DNA from: Marsupella aquatica
Taxonomy: Eukaryota; Plantae; Marchantiophyta
Length of the DNA stretch: 64,000 nt
Direction of reading: 5' to 3'
Assembly: GCA_973895155.1 (NCBI GenBank)
Contig: OZ316891.1
Location: forward strand, 16,123,137 to 16,187,136
Shown: in pieces, positions 47,491-60,362 of the stretch
How the letters are laid out: every line of letters starts with the position of its first letter
How positions within the stretch are numbered: the first letter of the stretch is position 1
Notes under the pieces: generated by a model
Seen by the model: only the letters and a program-made list of their open reading frames with translations
Database searches by the model: none
What the model was told of the DNA's origin: nothing
Program-made: the position numbers and the translations under genes

Positions 47491-50400
47491 CTACTCCAAG
47501 TCAGATGACTCGGACTCGCTACTGTTAGACCTGTCGGTAGACTCAGCTTCATCGTCTATAAATTTGCTTCTAGGCACATCATTGAGGAAAGGCTGGTGGA
47601 TAAATTTCCTAAGTATCTAAACCTCTCCTTAACCGTAGCCCCTTACTCTCCCAAGTAAGTGTTCTCCTATGTTCTTCTTTGCATGCAGCATATTCTGCAT
47701 AAGAGGGCAACACGAAAGGCTTCTGAGGCAAAATGAGAACTTTCCTAGAAAATTTCCTCCGTAGATTAAACCGTTCTTGAAGATTCCACTCCGATCTGGA
47801 AGAGGGACGGAACCGCATTAGAATTAAAAATCAAAAGGGGACATGTACATAATTGATAATGTAAAGTGAAGTAGCTTACGGGCATTACTTAGAAGAATCC
47901 GAATCTTCTGTTTCTTCCGTTGTCTCCCTCTCTTTTTGGTTTCCTGCATTCTCTTCTCCTGGTCCTCCAGAAGCATCATCTCCACCCGCCTCTTCCTCTT
48001 CTTCTTCTTCAGAGTCAAAATTCAAAACAGAGCAAACTTTATCTTTTGGTTTTTTCCCGCATCTTTAGCGGGAGATGAGGAACTGACATCTTTTGGAATC
48101 AATAACTCCATCCATGTCTTTTTCGCAATATCAACAAACTCTTTTCGGTTTTCTATACCAAGAATAAAACGACCACTATAGTCACCCACAACAAATGTAC
48201 TTCCCGAACCCACAGTCCAGTCCATGACAATGTCGCCCGGCCGGGTGATTAACTCTAATACGGATTGCATAAACCCAACCGACAAGCGTCCGTTCCCAAC
48301 AAATGCAGCTGAAGGAGTTGGATCCTTCCTCACACTTGGGAGGCCGATAAGATTAGTGATCGATGGATCTTCTGTTGCAGAGAGGGGCCAAAACACGACT
48401 TTGGAACCTTAACCTTTGAAGAAACACGACTGAACAGATCCAATCTTAAAGTGAAAACCTGTGAAAGACCCAAACAATTAATAAGTTCTTTCTAGAATTG
48501 AATACCCTAAACAGAAGAAAGTCCCTATCATGAAGCGAAGACGAATACATTTTGGATAGCGCCAGGCGCTAACAAAGTACAGCCTTTAAATGTAAGGGTG
48601 TATAAAAACATTTTTAGATAGCGCCCGACGCTAACAAAGTTTAGCCCACAGATGCAAACATGTTTTTGGATAGCGCCCGGCGCTAGTAAAGATCAGCACG
48701 TAGAGTGAGATACATATCATTGAAAATTTGGAAACAACATTATAATTGGGTGGGAATTCACCTGACAATCACTGCGGGCCATGTACATTGGAACTCCCAT
48801 AACCACGTTGAGGGTTTTCACACACTGGAACTTCTTGGACTCCTGGCTCGCGGCAATGACCTGTGAGATCTGATCGTACTTGCCGGTGTGCAAAATGGCC
48901 AGTAAACCATCATCGGCTAAAAAAGGGTCCATTGCGCTAAAGAATGACCCAACAATTCTATGATTTGGGAACTCCACTTCAGAGACTTCTTCTCTAAAAG
49001 AGATGGGCGCAGTCCAATTGGGAGGTAAACAAATCCAACATCGACTCCAAATGATCTTATCTTTCCTCCTCTTATGACTCCTTTCTCCCTGAGGCCAAGC
49101 AAGACAAGGTCTTTCACCCACTTCTCCACATTTGACACCCATGCCGGTTTTGCTCTTTTGTGAATACACTATCAAAGAAGTCCATCACACTGGACTCCAC
49201 AAAAACATGCCTAGTAGTTTTAGACTTGAACTGTCCAACATCTCTTTCAACACCAGTAGAAGCGACCGAATCCCGAGAGGAAAATCCAAGATCCGAAGAT
49301 TTCTTTTTCTTCGTGCTAGTGGCATCAGCGGGTCACACCATCTTCTCTGTGTTGGGAGGAGTCTCTTCATCAGGGACATCTTGTTCCCCCGTATCTGCTT
49401 TAGAGACGCCAGGAGTGACAGTAGTCTTGGCATCTTGTGTTTCTTCTCCATTGGATTTCCGTCCACCTAAAACAAAGATTGAAAACATTGCAAACCTTAC
49501 AATCTAAATAATACCAGCATCGGGCGCTAACCAAACTGCACAAAAAGCAACCAATAAAGAGACAACAACATCTGCGGCGCTAAACTAAAATCACTGAAAT
49601 ATCCACACTAGTAAAGGGAAAATTTGGAATAACAGTAAAAAAAATAGAAGAATCTCACGTTTCTTCCCAGATCTCGTGGATGGGCTGGTTACTCCCGTGT
49701 CTACTTTTTGCTTTCGCCTGCGGCTTTCGACTCCTATCTACATACAGGACTTCTATTTTGCAATGTTTCTGCAGCTCGATGGATGAGGCATCCACATCTT
49801 CGGATAAACCTTGTTTCATTTCAGAAAGAACTTTTCCAGGCACTAAAGACTTTGAAAATTTTAGAAAGGCATCCTTTTCTGCTTCATCGAAAGGGGTGTC
49901 CCACTTATCTGTGTCTAGATACCACGGACAGTGGGTTATCTCCCACTGTGAAATGTCACGCGGGGGAAAGTCCCCTTCGGCAAGGTACATTGAGTAAAAT
50001 TTGCTAAAAGCATCCCCCTCAAGAACGGACCACTTTTGGAATGTTGGAGGGTAAGCCCAAACATACTCAGGACAAACTGGTCTCCATCGCCATGTAGAAG
50101 CGATAGAGATATCTCTTCGCTCGCTTCTGGTTGCGAATCGTATAGTCTTCCTTGTCCCCGTACTTGGACTGCCAAATTGTGCTAAAAAAATTAGCCTTCA
50201 CTGTTTCACCGTATGTCTTGAAATCATTGGTAATGTTTAATACCAAAGCTTCTAAGGTATCCACTTCTCCTATCGTTAGACGGTCAACAGGTAGGATCGA
50301 TTGGACTTGCAAAAGTGATGTCTTTAACATTCCAATCGCAATTCCTTCCACCCAACTCCACATATGCCAGGTATGACACCACTGTTTAACAGGGTCATCA

Positions 50401-51809
50401 TTAACACTCGAGGGATGGAGAAACTGTTTTATGAGCTCAGGGGTATAGTGAGCGACAAGAAGGGTACATTGCAGCTTTGGATCCAAATAAGAGACAATAG
50501 TGAACAGACGTGCGCGGTCCATTGTACAGACTACAGAGTCCGGCTTCTTTTCCCATTTGTTCCTCTCTATAAGTAGGTACATTTTTGCACAAGTTGATAG
50601 AAAATCACCAAACTCTGGGCTAATCAGGGGGGCAATCTTGGATGTCTTTATGCTGCACTCCTTTGTTGCCTCCTCCATCATCGCAGCATAATGCTTACCG
50701 ATCTCTTCAGATGACCACGGGCGACCTTGACTTGTAGCAGCAGCCAAGTCAAGCTTAAATTGAAGTGAATACGACTTAATCTTGTTTTCACACAAGATGT
50801 AAACCAATGCTTCCAATGGCATTTGCTTGGTATACCATGACCCCTTTCTTGTCTTGGCGCGAATAGACTGAAATTGCTTGAAGCTAGTAGGGTTGATAAT
50901 TGGCTTGTAGGCCTCCAAGTCATGCGTTAGAATCTGATTAATTCTATCAGCGTCAAGAATCCATGACGGTTCCACCACTGCTTGCCCTAACCTGAGAAAG
51001 ATACCATAAATAAGCAGCGCCAGGCGCTAACCAAGCTTTCAAAAATCAAGTGCAATCTATCAAATTTAATAGCATTTATGCAACTAAAGGATGACTTACT
51101 GGTTCACCGTGTGCATAGCCGCTTCAAGCTCAACGAGAGAACCTGGATCTCCCTTAAAGACAATGCATTGAACATGCGGATGGTACTTGATATTGTCTGG
51201 GTTCTCATTTGTCACTTGAATCCACGAGTAGAGTTGATGATTCCCGTCAAAGACACAAAACATCTTATCCTTCAAGACATGGAAGTTAGGATCAGCAGCA
51301 CATTCTGCCTTGAACAAGTCGTTCTAAGAAACCCAAACAACATCCCAGGTCTCCCAGATTTCAGACGTACATAGTTGAATGACCCCTTCGGAATCCGCAG
51401 GTTGGACGTAAAACCGCATCCCTATTGAAGAGTTGTACCCAGAGCTCCGAAATGAATCCTTGAGCTTGTCGATAGATGCACTGTTTTTCTGTAAAGTCCA
51501 AACGACTTCCATGTGAACAAGGCGGCAAAGAGGGATACGCGGTGGCTCTTTCTTCTCCCCGTAGAAATCTACTCCAAATGACATAGCGTACTTGGCGATG
51601 ATAGCATCCATGGATAGAACTCCCTCACCCCCGTCCTCCATCACAAAATCTCTGTAAGACTCCATCAGGCCTTGTTTCGGCTTTGGAATTCCCTGACTAA
51701 TGTTTTGAAAAGTGTCCGATGCAGACGAACGGGTGACTCTTTGTGTATAAACCGATCCAGAGAACGAGGACTCGGAAGTTTTAGAATGGCCAGGAGAATG
51801 ATTCTCCAT
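47491..51809 (-). pseudogene. ParB/Srx-like + beta-class N4C/N6A DNA methyltransferase-like multi-exon gene
   Basis: ATG 51809; VFDGNHQ. Introns 50992-51099, ~49467-49658 and 48459-48761. Motif IV-like VDVGFVYLPIGL (~49010-49050), then FLADDGLLAILH, then motif X/I ITRPGDIVMDWTVGSGSTFVVGDYSGRFILGIE (~48150-48250). Acidic tail. Several frameshifts and stops. Confidence 0.7.
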
Positions 51810-53325
51810 GGTTGTTTAAGACCCAGACACATGCAGAACCTGTAGTGCAAAGTGTTTCTCGTGTGTTGCAACGTTTCCTGTGGTGCTGTACAGATAAGGA
51901 CAAATGACTGATCACGACCCAAACTACCTGCTCAGTGGTCGTTCTAACAATCACAAAAGACAATCTCGCAAAGAGATCTTATCTGATATACTCTCTGGCA
52001 GACCCACAAGTGTGACAAATATGCATGGAAAAGCACAAGCATCAAAAAACAAACAAACCAAAGATTGACACTTGTTACATTTTGACTTGCTCAAATGTAC
52101 CAATGAGCAAATATATCCTCGAAGTGGTCATAAATTGGAACGGTAAATGGTACAAGTTACCGTTATAAAGGACCATTAATCTGAACATTTTGCATCGAGC
52201 TAATATTAGCGCCTGGCGCTATTATTATGATGGTCTGAAATACAGGTAGAAATGAAGAATTTTAATAATAGCGCCAAGCGCTAGTATGGAGACAATTCAA
52301 AAATGACGTGCAGTTTATAACTAAATTAGAAATGTAAAACCGTATATTTCTATTGATTGAATAATAGCGCCTGGCGCTAGTATGAATACACTACAAAAAT
52401 GACCTAAAGGTTTCAACTAATGTAAGAAAGTTTCAGATACTAATGACCGTTAGACCCTAAGCTAATTATGATGGTTCCAATTAGATATGAAAATGATAGA
52501 TTTCTATACTAGCGCCAGGCGCTAGTGTCAAACTTCCAAAACATGTTCTTGTTTGCTTTCAAAAATGGCAAATTTGGACTTAAATATTAAAAATTTAGTC
52601 TGTGTTGTAACTCATACCTGAGTTAAGTCTACCTTTGGGATAACTACCTATGTAACTACCCTAACTACTTAGGCCGTAGCCACATGTACATATCCTACCA
52701 AGAGTAAAGATGGAACCAACTCTTTGTCTCATTAATCCCACAACACGTTATCAGCACGAGCCTGAGACTGGCTGAACTTTTTTAGGCCATGACTGATTCA
52801 CTCTAAGACGAAGAAAGAAGGGAAAGATGTGATTCGAATGTGCCAAAGTTTTTTTTGCGAGAGCTGCTTGAAGCGCTGCACGAGCAACTTTTCTTTGGGA
52901 GAAAGGCCAAGGAAGAATTGATCCCAGCTATGGTGAATTGAATATCAAGGCGCCATCTTATTCTTAAACTACATCTTTGATTGATAAGATTTCTAGCGAG
53001 CACCAGCTCACTGACGGCTGGTCGTGAGCGCACAACAGATTGGAGTACGACAACCTACTCTATTTCCTGTGTTTGCTTCCAGTTCTACTCGAGTCTGCCG
53101 CTGGAGGCATTCGAAATGGACGAAGCAGTAACAGGATGTTGTGATTTCTTTCCCGACACTACGCTTTCCCGACACTATGCTGACAGAAAAGCAACATTCC
53201 CCTCCAGGGTGAAAAGGATAAGAAGAGCAAGACGACAGCAATAGAGAGAAGACGATCAAAAAGCAGAAAGAAGAATTCAATTAGGACATCGCGACCTCAT
53301 AGGGACAGGCCTTGCTCGATAGCCA

Positions 53326-53442
53326 ATGATAGCCGCACGGGATGCAGCTATCTTGGAGCGAAATTCGGCTATCACGGAGAGAATAGCTGCATATGAGGAG
53401 AGAGACGCTGCCCTTCTGCTACGTGACGTAGCTTACGCTTAA
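53326..53442 (+). pseudogene. BBR/BPC (GAGA-binding, class II) alanine-zipper-like fragment
   Basis: MIAARDAAILERNSAITERIAAYEERDAALLLRDVAYA* matches the ERDAA...ERN repeat pattern of BPC6-type proteins. Confidence 0.6.
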
Positions 53443-53541
53443 GAATGGTTCAAATTATAGATACTTGAGCAGTAATGGCCCAAATCGTACTAGTTGTGAT
53501 TTTGAAGCTGTATGCTAGAGAAAGATTGACATGTAATTTAC

Positions 53542-54111
53542 CTCAAGACCAAGCTGCGTGATTAGAGCCTGGACATGGTCAGCTTTCTCGGAGTGCGAAA
53601 GCTTCGTGGGGAGGCGCACCTCAGCAGCGAACATGAAGGTCTCAGTAACTGTTAGAAAGGGGAAGAGAAGGTCTTCCTGCATCACGTACGCGCTGTTGAG
53701 CTTGATATAGCTGCCGGTCACTTGCTGCCCATCCAGCCGCACTGTCTCGCCCAGACTCCGTTGCTCAATGCGGCCGGCCAGAGCGTCCAGGAAGGTGGAC
53801 TTGCCAACACCGCTCGGTCCCATGATTCCCATCAATTGGCCTCTGATAGCCTTTCCCAAAATCCCTTGCAGAAGGTCGACGGGATAGGACTCCCATTTTC
53901 CGTCGATCTTCTCCTGCTTGACGACAGTGTACGTGAGATCTTCGAACTCGAGGCCCAATTCAGTGGTAAATCTCGTCGGCTCTGCACCTTGAATGGCATC
54001 AGCATTCGGTACTCCAAAATTGAGTTCTTTGTAGCCGCTACGGGACGGCACCTTGTTGATGTCCTCCAGGACAGTTTTCAGCGTCCTCCTGCCATCCTGC
54101 CGATGATTCAT
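53542..54111 (-). pseudogene. Captured first exon of a half-size ABCG transporter, STR/STR2-like
   Basis: GLEFEDLTYTVVK..K.DGKW, Walker A GPSGVGKST-FLDALAGRI, YVMQEDLLFPFLTVTETFMFAAEVRLP. Ends LGLE|GTAAAT at a splice donor. No ABC signature or TM domain. Confidence 0.85.
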
Positions 54112-55139
54112 ATTTCAAAGTGCTCAATCGGATCCGAAGCAAAACAAAAAAAATTGCTGCCAAGATGCTTCGATCCTGAAGACCTTCCAAAAACGCCTTA
54201 CGGTGTCATTCCACAAATTGTCGAGTCTGAGATCAAATAGTTTGTGGCAACAACATTAGAGACTTAAATTAACAGGCGCAAAATGTTTTGGTTTCGGGGG
54301 CCAAGTGAGGCACACTGAGCGTTTGCCGAGATGATACGTGGTTATACTGACGCGTCTGCACGAGTTCCACATTTGAAGTATATAATACGGTTGTATTTTG
54401 TAAGTTCACGGAGATCCGCGTTTTGGAACGAGTCATCAGACCTCCTATTTCCAGTCCGTGAAGGCGACCTCATACGGAAGATTGATTCATAAGGAACACC
54501 CATACGCCTAATTACCAATTGAAAAAGATAGGAAGAGAGAAGACGCTACAGAAATCGAACGCATATCGTGAGCAAGGCAGGCAGCATCACGAACATATAA
54601 AGACAGACAGTCCATGATCGAACGCGAAGGGAGAAACTGAAAAATTTGAAGGAAAGAATGCGAGACAGAGGAGAGAAACAATAAGCACCGAAACCAAGGA
54701 GGATAAATCCAAGAACATTGAAGGAAGCACAAACCCGAAAAAGCAAAGAGAGAACCCTGAAGAACAATGAGGCGAGACCGAAACTGATCGAGCCAAAGAG
54801 AGAACATGAGGAACGCCAGGAGAGAGAAGGACGTCCAATGCAGACGGAGATCGTGGTACAAGCTAAAGACGAGACGCTGGGCAAAGGAGGCAAACAAAGA
54901 GAAGCCATCAAACCAAAGGAAAGTCCTCCACCTTTTCTTCTAAGAAGACCATTTTACACTAAGGAATGGAGAACTAAAGAACAAAGAGACTTTCTCTTCA
55001 AAAGGAAAGAAAAACCAAACAACAAAGCATGAAGTAAGGACATAAAGAAAGAAGCTAAAGTACAGAACCTACATGGCGACAAATGATGATTACTTCCACC
55101 AATTAATTTCATAAATTCAGGGGGAGATATTTTCCCAGG

Positions 55140-55285
55140 GGTGCCTACTACACATAAAAGCCCTGTGCCTACTGCACATGGAAGCAAATGGGTGCCTACT
55201 GCACAGCCAGCCAGAAAGGAAAAATATTTGACAAATTGAGGGGGAGACCTCAAGCAAGACTTGCAAGATGTGCCTACTGCACAAG
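55140..55285. repeat. Four copies of GTGCCTACTGCACA
   Basis: At ~55141, 55165, 55192 and 55271. Confidence 0.75.
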
Positions 55286-56606
55286 TGCTTTTCACAACAA
55301 TCAATATTCAAAAATGGAACTACATTCCATGAGTTAGAAGCATATGGCCAAATTATGAAAAATGCATTAAATCACCAATATTGGATGACATGTCATGACG
55401 ACTAAAATTGGAAATATCAAAGACCCCACATCATATCATAATAAGGTATCATATGATCATATGAAGTATGGTATCACATTACAAGGTACTATCAGGTGAG
55501 GTATGACTTGGTAAGGCACCATGACAGCTGGTACGCTATACCTTGATAGGAAATCCCTATGATATATGAGACCTAGGATTGGACACTCCAAACGATTCCA
55601 AGGCCAACGGATTTCAATCAACCATATCATCTTCATTATGAACTAATACCTTGTTTTTTCCTTGCATGTAATCAATGACCATTGAGGAATCTTCATTGCC
55701 TGATCGGGAAGAGACGCAAGACACAAAACAGCATCAACTTTGCTAACACCAACCAAGGAGGATCTTCAACAAGCCTATAGTGTTGACAAACACCTTAAGA
55801 GACTTTGTAAAAATTACACATACACTATATGCTTAAACCCAATTATGTTACACCCATGGGGATGGTAATACTCTTTCCTCCCACAAAGAAAGTAGGGGAG
55901 GTTTTAATGAGGTTACATCCCCCACTTACACTTTACCATGCAACATGAATTATAAGACATCTATTAGGAGAAGCTTGACATTCATTTATAGTAGACTTGA
56001 GATGGCTACACCATTTATAAAATAGGCTAGACATAAACAAAACCTATTGTATACCACTGAGTATGCCCAAAGTAGACTCTTGATTGTAACATTTAAACCC
56101 CAATGTTACAAAGGGGGAGTGTTGTAACTCATACCTGAGTTAAGTCTACCTTTGGGATAACTACCTATGTAACTACCCTAACTACTTAGGCCGTAGCCAC
56201 ATGTACATATCCTACCAAGAGTAAAGATGGAACCAACTCTTTGTCTCATTAATCCCACAACAGTCTGTATTTTCTACCAAAATAACCGTTAATCTTTGGT
56301 TTAGTACCCCATTTTTTGCAACTTTCAAGATTGTATAACGCTAGCGCCAGGCGCTACTATTTCACCTAGTTGGCAAGAACGACAAAATAATTAACTCAAT
56401 AGTAACTAGCCGTCGAATTGATGGCTTTGTCTTTTTTGGAACAGGAAGAAATCCGTTCCCAATGGTTCCGGTTATCGCTCGTCGTCTCTTTACATTTGAG
56501 ACATGGATTAAGAAGAATAGTGACAAACAATTCCGCCAGTATCAATCAACCTTTATATTACCAAGTCTCATGATTTTGAGTAGTAGGTTCCCTATGTGGA
56601 GTCAGA

Positions 56607-59600
56607 ATATCTCAAGTTATTCGAATAACGTGTCCAACTACAGGTGACGTTGTGACGATCCCCATGTCCATTTCTGACAAGAACAAACACGTTAGTGATA
56701 ATTACCTGTGTAAAAGATTTGGCGTGACGAAGAAACATATTTTGACTGTCAAAATGTTGAACGATGGTCCCGCTCATTTTGATTCTGAAGCCGGGGAAAT
56801 TGTTTGGCATCTTGAATTTGGCGTGGAGTACTTGGTTTTCATTCAAGGAAGGGACATCGTTCAGGTCAAGGTGGAGATACCTCTAGTGTCTCATGAGGTG
56901 ATTGACCTGACGTCCGATGCTGAACTCTCTGAGAGTGAATCCACACCAATCTCAAAGGAGGTTCAGATCAAAAAGGAGTGCGGCAAGACCACTTCCTTAT
57001 TGCCCCAGGTACCCCCTGTATTGACTGTGTTGGAGGGGTCTGATGTTGTATACCCACTTACTCGTCCTGTTCTGGTTGTGTACAGAAGAAGCGCACTTGA
57101 TGCCTTGTTGAAGTCAACTGGACAAAGTGAGTTATCTCGCTTTATTAGGTCAGAGACATTCATGCACGAGTAGGTTGAATGCTTGCCTGTGGTTTACAAT
57201 GGGAATACAATATTTGAGCTTCCACCTGTTGATGGTGTCGGATCCAAAGGGGATCGTCTGCGAAACATGGATAGATCCAAGGACTGCTATCTATGGACTA
57301 GAATTTTTCCTACTTCTGCTAATGTCGTCCCGAAGAAGTTGTGGGAGTTCGGGAGAGTCAGTTGTAGTGGTTCTCTCAAATGTCGAAATAGAGCATGTGA
57401 GTTTTATACAAAAACTCAATGCAGGAATTGTACTGGATGGGATGGGACCCCGAAGCTCTCTGGACAACATTGTCCTAGGAGGTTGATCGATGCTGGCAGA
57501 ATCATTTGTTGCTATTGCCTTCAAGTTCCATTTTGTGTTGAATCATGTCCTGCAAAAATGTTTTATATGTACACGCAAGTTTTGATAGAGGATAACACTG
57601 CAAAGCACATGTCACGACTTGCAATCCATATGGGGGTGCACAATCATCCATGTCGGAAAGTATGGTCTAGAAGTGCTGAGAAAATAGCAATAGAAGAAAT
57701 CCGGAAACAACATGAGAAGTCTCCTTCTTCTACACCATGTGTTTTGAAAAATGAGATCACTGGATCTTTAATGGATGCTGTAGGTGAGTTTGTGGATGAC
57801 ATTTTAAAGCTAGAAGAATCAGATATCTGGAAATCACTTATGCTTGTTTCAACTCCTCAAAAGTTTTCTGCGTTATTTAAAAGCGTTTGTAAAGATCAGG
57901 TTGGTCGAGGTGATCTCGAATATCTGGTTCGCATGCAGAAGAATGTTACATTTCCTTTTCTCCAAAGATATCTTCTTCCTGGGCAGGGGTGTAAGAATGA
58001 TAGAGCACATATTTTTAAAATGACAATCAAAGGGCATGGATCTGGTGTAGATTTACTCCGTCAGATGAAGAAGGGGGGGCCTCTTGAAGGAGCATGGGTA
58101 AGCTTTGACGTGATGAAAAGGATGTCAAAAGAATGGAGTACTTTTAGCGCACATGTGTATGACCATAACTATCGAGCTCTGTGCACAATATTTATATGTG
58201 AACTAAAAGCAGAGGACACTGTATCGCTTGAGAAGGCTTGGAGGTTGATGATCGAAGTGGATTTGGAGAACGGTTTAGAGGGCGTGGAAATTCATGGCGA
58301 ATAATGCTCAGGCAGGATGGATCGCGGTAAGGAATGTCTTCTTTGATGGCCATCCAAATCCAGAGAGAGAGCGATCGGACGCATTCCACTTATATCAGTC
58401 TTTGCATCGCCACTCCATCGAAGGAGTCCTTGAAGAAAAAACGTGGTGAACATCGAGTCCTTTGGGACAAGTTACGGAATGCCGCTTCATTTGTGGAAGC
58501 TTACAGGGTTTCCCGAGAGATTGATTCATGGTGGCGATCAGGAAATTGGATTCTTGGGAAACTTCAAATGTTGCAAGGATGGATCGCATTTGGGGGTTGT
58601 GAGGTGGCATCAATGGGGGAACTTCATACGGTTGGTGAGTGAATCTTTACTAGTGCCAGGCGCTAGTATTAATAGTCCTTTCAAATTAAGATCCATAATC
58701 CTGATTTTGGCTAGCGCCAGGCGCTATCGTAGAGTTGTAATTGTAATTGCCTTCAAAATCATCATGAAAAACATCATTCATAGCTTCCGTCCATATTGAA
58801 TTGTCGCTTTGTTTTTTATTAGTCATATTGTCCTGAATTTGACAAAACTATTTGTCTCTTGCAGAGCAAAAGTGCACATGAAGGGGAGGATGATTCCCAA
58901 TTGCACTGGGTCTGAAGCTGTTCATGGAATCATGAAAGCGTGGCAGGGAAAGAAAACAGTTGGTTTGTTTGAAGGATGTAAGACTGACCACAATAGAGCT
59001 ATCTCGCAAATAGCAACCTATACAGCATATCGTGAAGGTCTCCATCGAGGTACCGGTCCAACAGTGTTTGAATTAGCTTTTCGTTCGGCTGACCAGGTAG
59101 GGTCACCAAAACTGTTCGAAGAAGCATCTAATATGTTACTCGCAAATGCAGCAGAATTTGATTTGGAGAGGGATTCTCCGTTGAATGGGGATTTTGTAAC
59201 AAAGTCTATAAAAAGAAAAGGTCCGGCGACAGGGAATGTCTCTCCACAAGACTCCCATCGACATGACACGGTTCTCATAACAATGCCAAATACCCGAGGC
59301 TGCAAGAGGAGAAATTTGAACTCATCTGAGTTTGAGAACATTCCGATACTTAGAACTCCTCCTTTGAATCCATTTATTGATTTGTTTGAGAGTGACTCTC
59401 CACTTTCCCATCATGCCTCCCAATCTCTTGAAGCTCCTGGAAGTGCTCCGAACACTACTCCATTCATTCCTGTAGACACTTCACTTTTTGAAGTAGACAT
59501 TGTACCCAGGTCATGGCACCTTCGGAGAGTTTCCAGACACGGTGCAGGACCACAGTGTAATGGGACGATGTCTAGAAGTTGTGATCATGATGAGTGTCAT

Positions 59601-60362
59601 AATTGTATTAAGAAGGTTGGATATCCTTCAAATGCAGGGATTGTCGGAATTTTCGTCAAAGGATACTGCTTATTCAGAGGTGAACACCATCCAGAGCTTG
59701 TCTGGTTCTGCCCCACTAGCGATTGCTGGAAAAGCCAACCTTGTCGAGGTATTGCGAACCTCCCTACTTGCCCTGACGTTTTTCCAGTACTGAAAGGCAC
59801 AAATCTTTCAAGTCTGGAGTTGAATTTCCTTCAAGAGTAGGGCATTGAAGTCTTGAGACGAGATAGTGTTGTCTCATGTTGCCCTTCTTCATTTGAACTG
59901 AGAATAAACATTGACATTTTTCCTGAAAAGATCAATCCCGCACAAGTTAACATCTATTTTTGAACGAGAAATGGGCGGGCGGTGAACTCCAGATCAAATC
60001 TCACTTAGGAATATCATAAAAGGATTGAATCAGCACAGAGGGAAACAATGACTCTGATCAAAGCTATGGAAGTTTCATCGGGAAACTCATACGGGAAACT
60101 ATTCCAGATACGCACACATGCACATTTACAAACTGCAAATACTTACTGGGTGCAGATTTGCATTTTCCCTTGTTGCTCTTGTGAAGATTTCTTTCGTTGA
60201 TATTCTCGAGGGAAACCTTTCATGCCATGTAAACACTGGTACTGGGTTTACAAAGCTATATTCAAGCTTGATCTAGTGGACAATGTCCTCCCAAGCCAAC
60301 CGATTTTTACCATTGGGGAACTGCATTATATTTTAGGGAGGCAGAATTATGATGGTTTATAG
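56607..60362 (+). pseudogene. MULE-like DDE/SWIM transposase, copy B; intron 58635-58864
   Basis: Collinear with 2597-6389: FDVMKR, NAQAGWIAVRNVF, CTGSEAVH, CSCEDF...PCKHW, ending GL*. Probable start ATG mutated to ATA. Many stops and frameshifts. Confidence 0.78.

Larger units (their letters stand above)
52603..56262 (+). mobile_element. Young non-autonomous LTR retrotransposon (copia/Bianca-like PBS) with captured gene fragments
   Basis: Identical 143-bp LTRs 52603-52745 and 56120-56262 (TG...CA); TSD GTCTG; PBS CGTTATCAGCACGA; PPT AAAGGGGGAG; no intact gag/pol. Confidence 0.93.

Noticed and set aside
49185-49466. DFPLG in the 93-aa ORF as MTase motif IV
   Set aside because: Likely off-frame; a better-placed candidate (VDVGFVYLPIGL) lies at ~49010-49050.
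47491-51809. Bacterial or phage contamination explaining the ParB-MTase gene
   Set aside because: The gene has GT-AG introns, the first conserved between copies, and is interleaved with plant retroelements.
53515-54111. Functional host ABCG gene
   Set aside because: Only one exon, inside an LTR element with a TSD; no downstream exons.
54508-55032. Hydrophobic minus-strand ORFs as the ABCG membrane domain
   Set aside because: They lie upstream of the ATP-binding exon and arise from low-complexity GA-rich sequence open in several frames.
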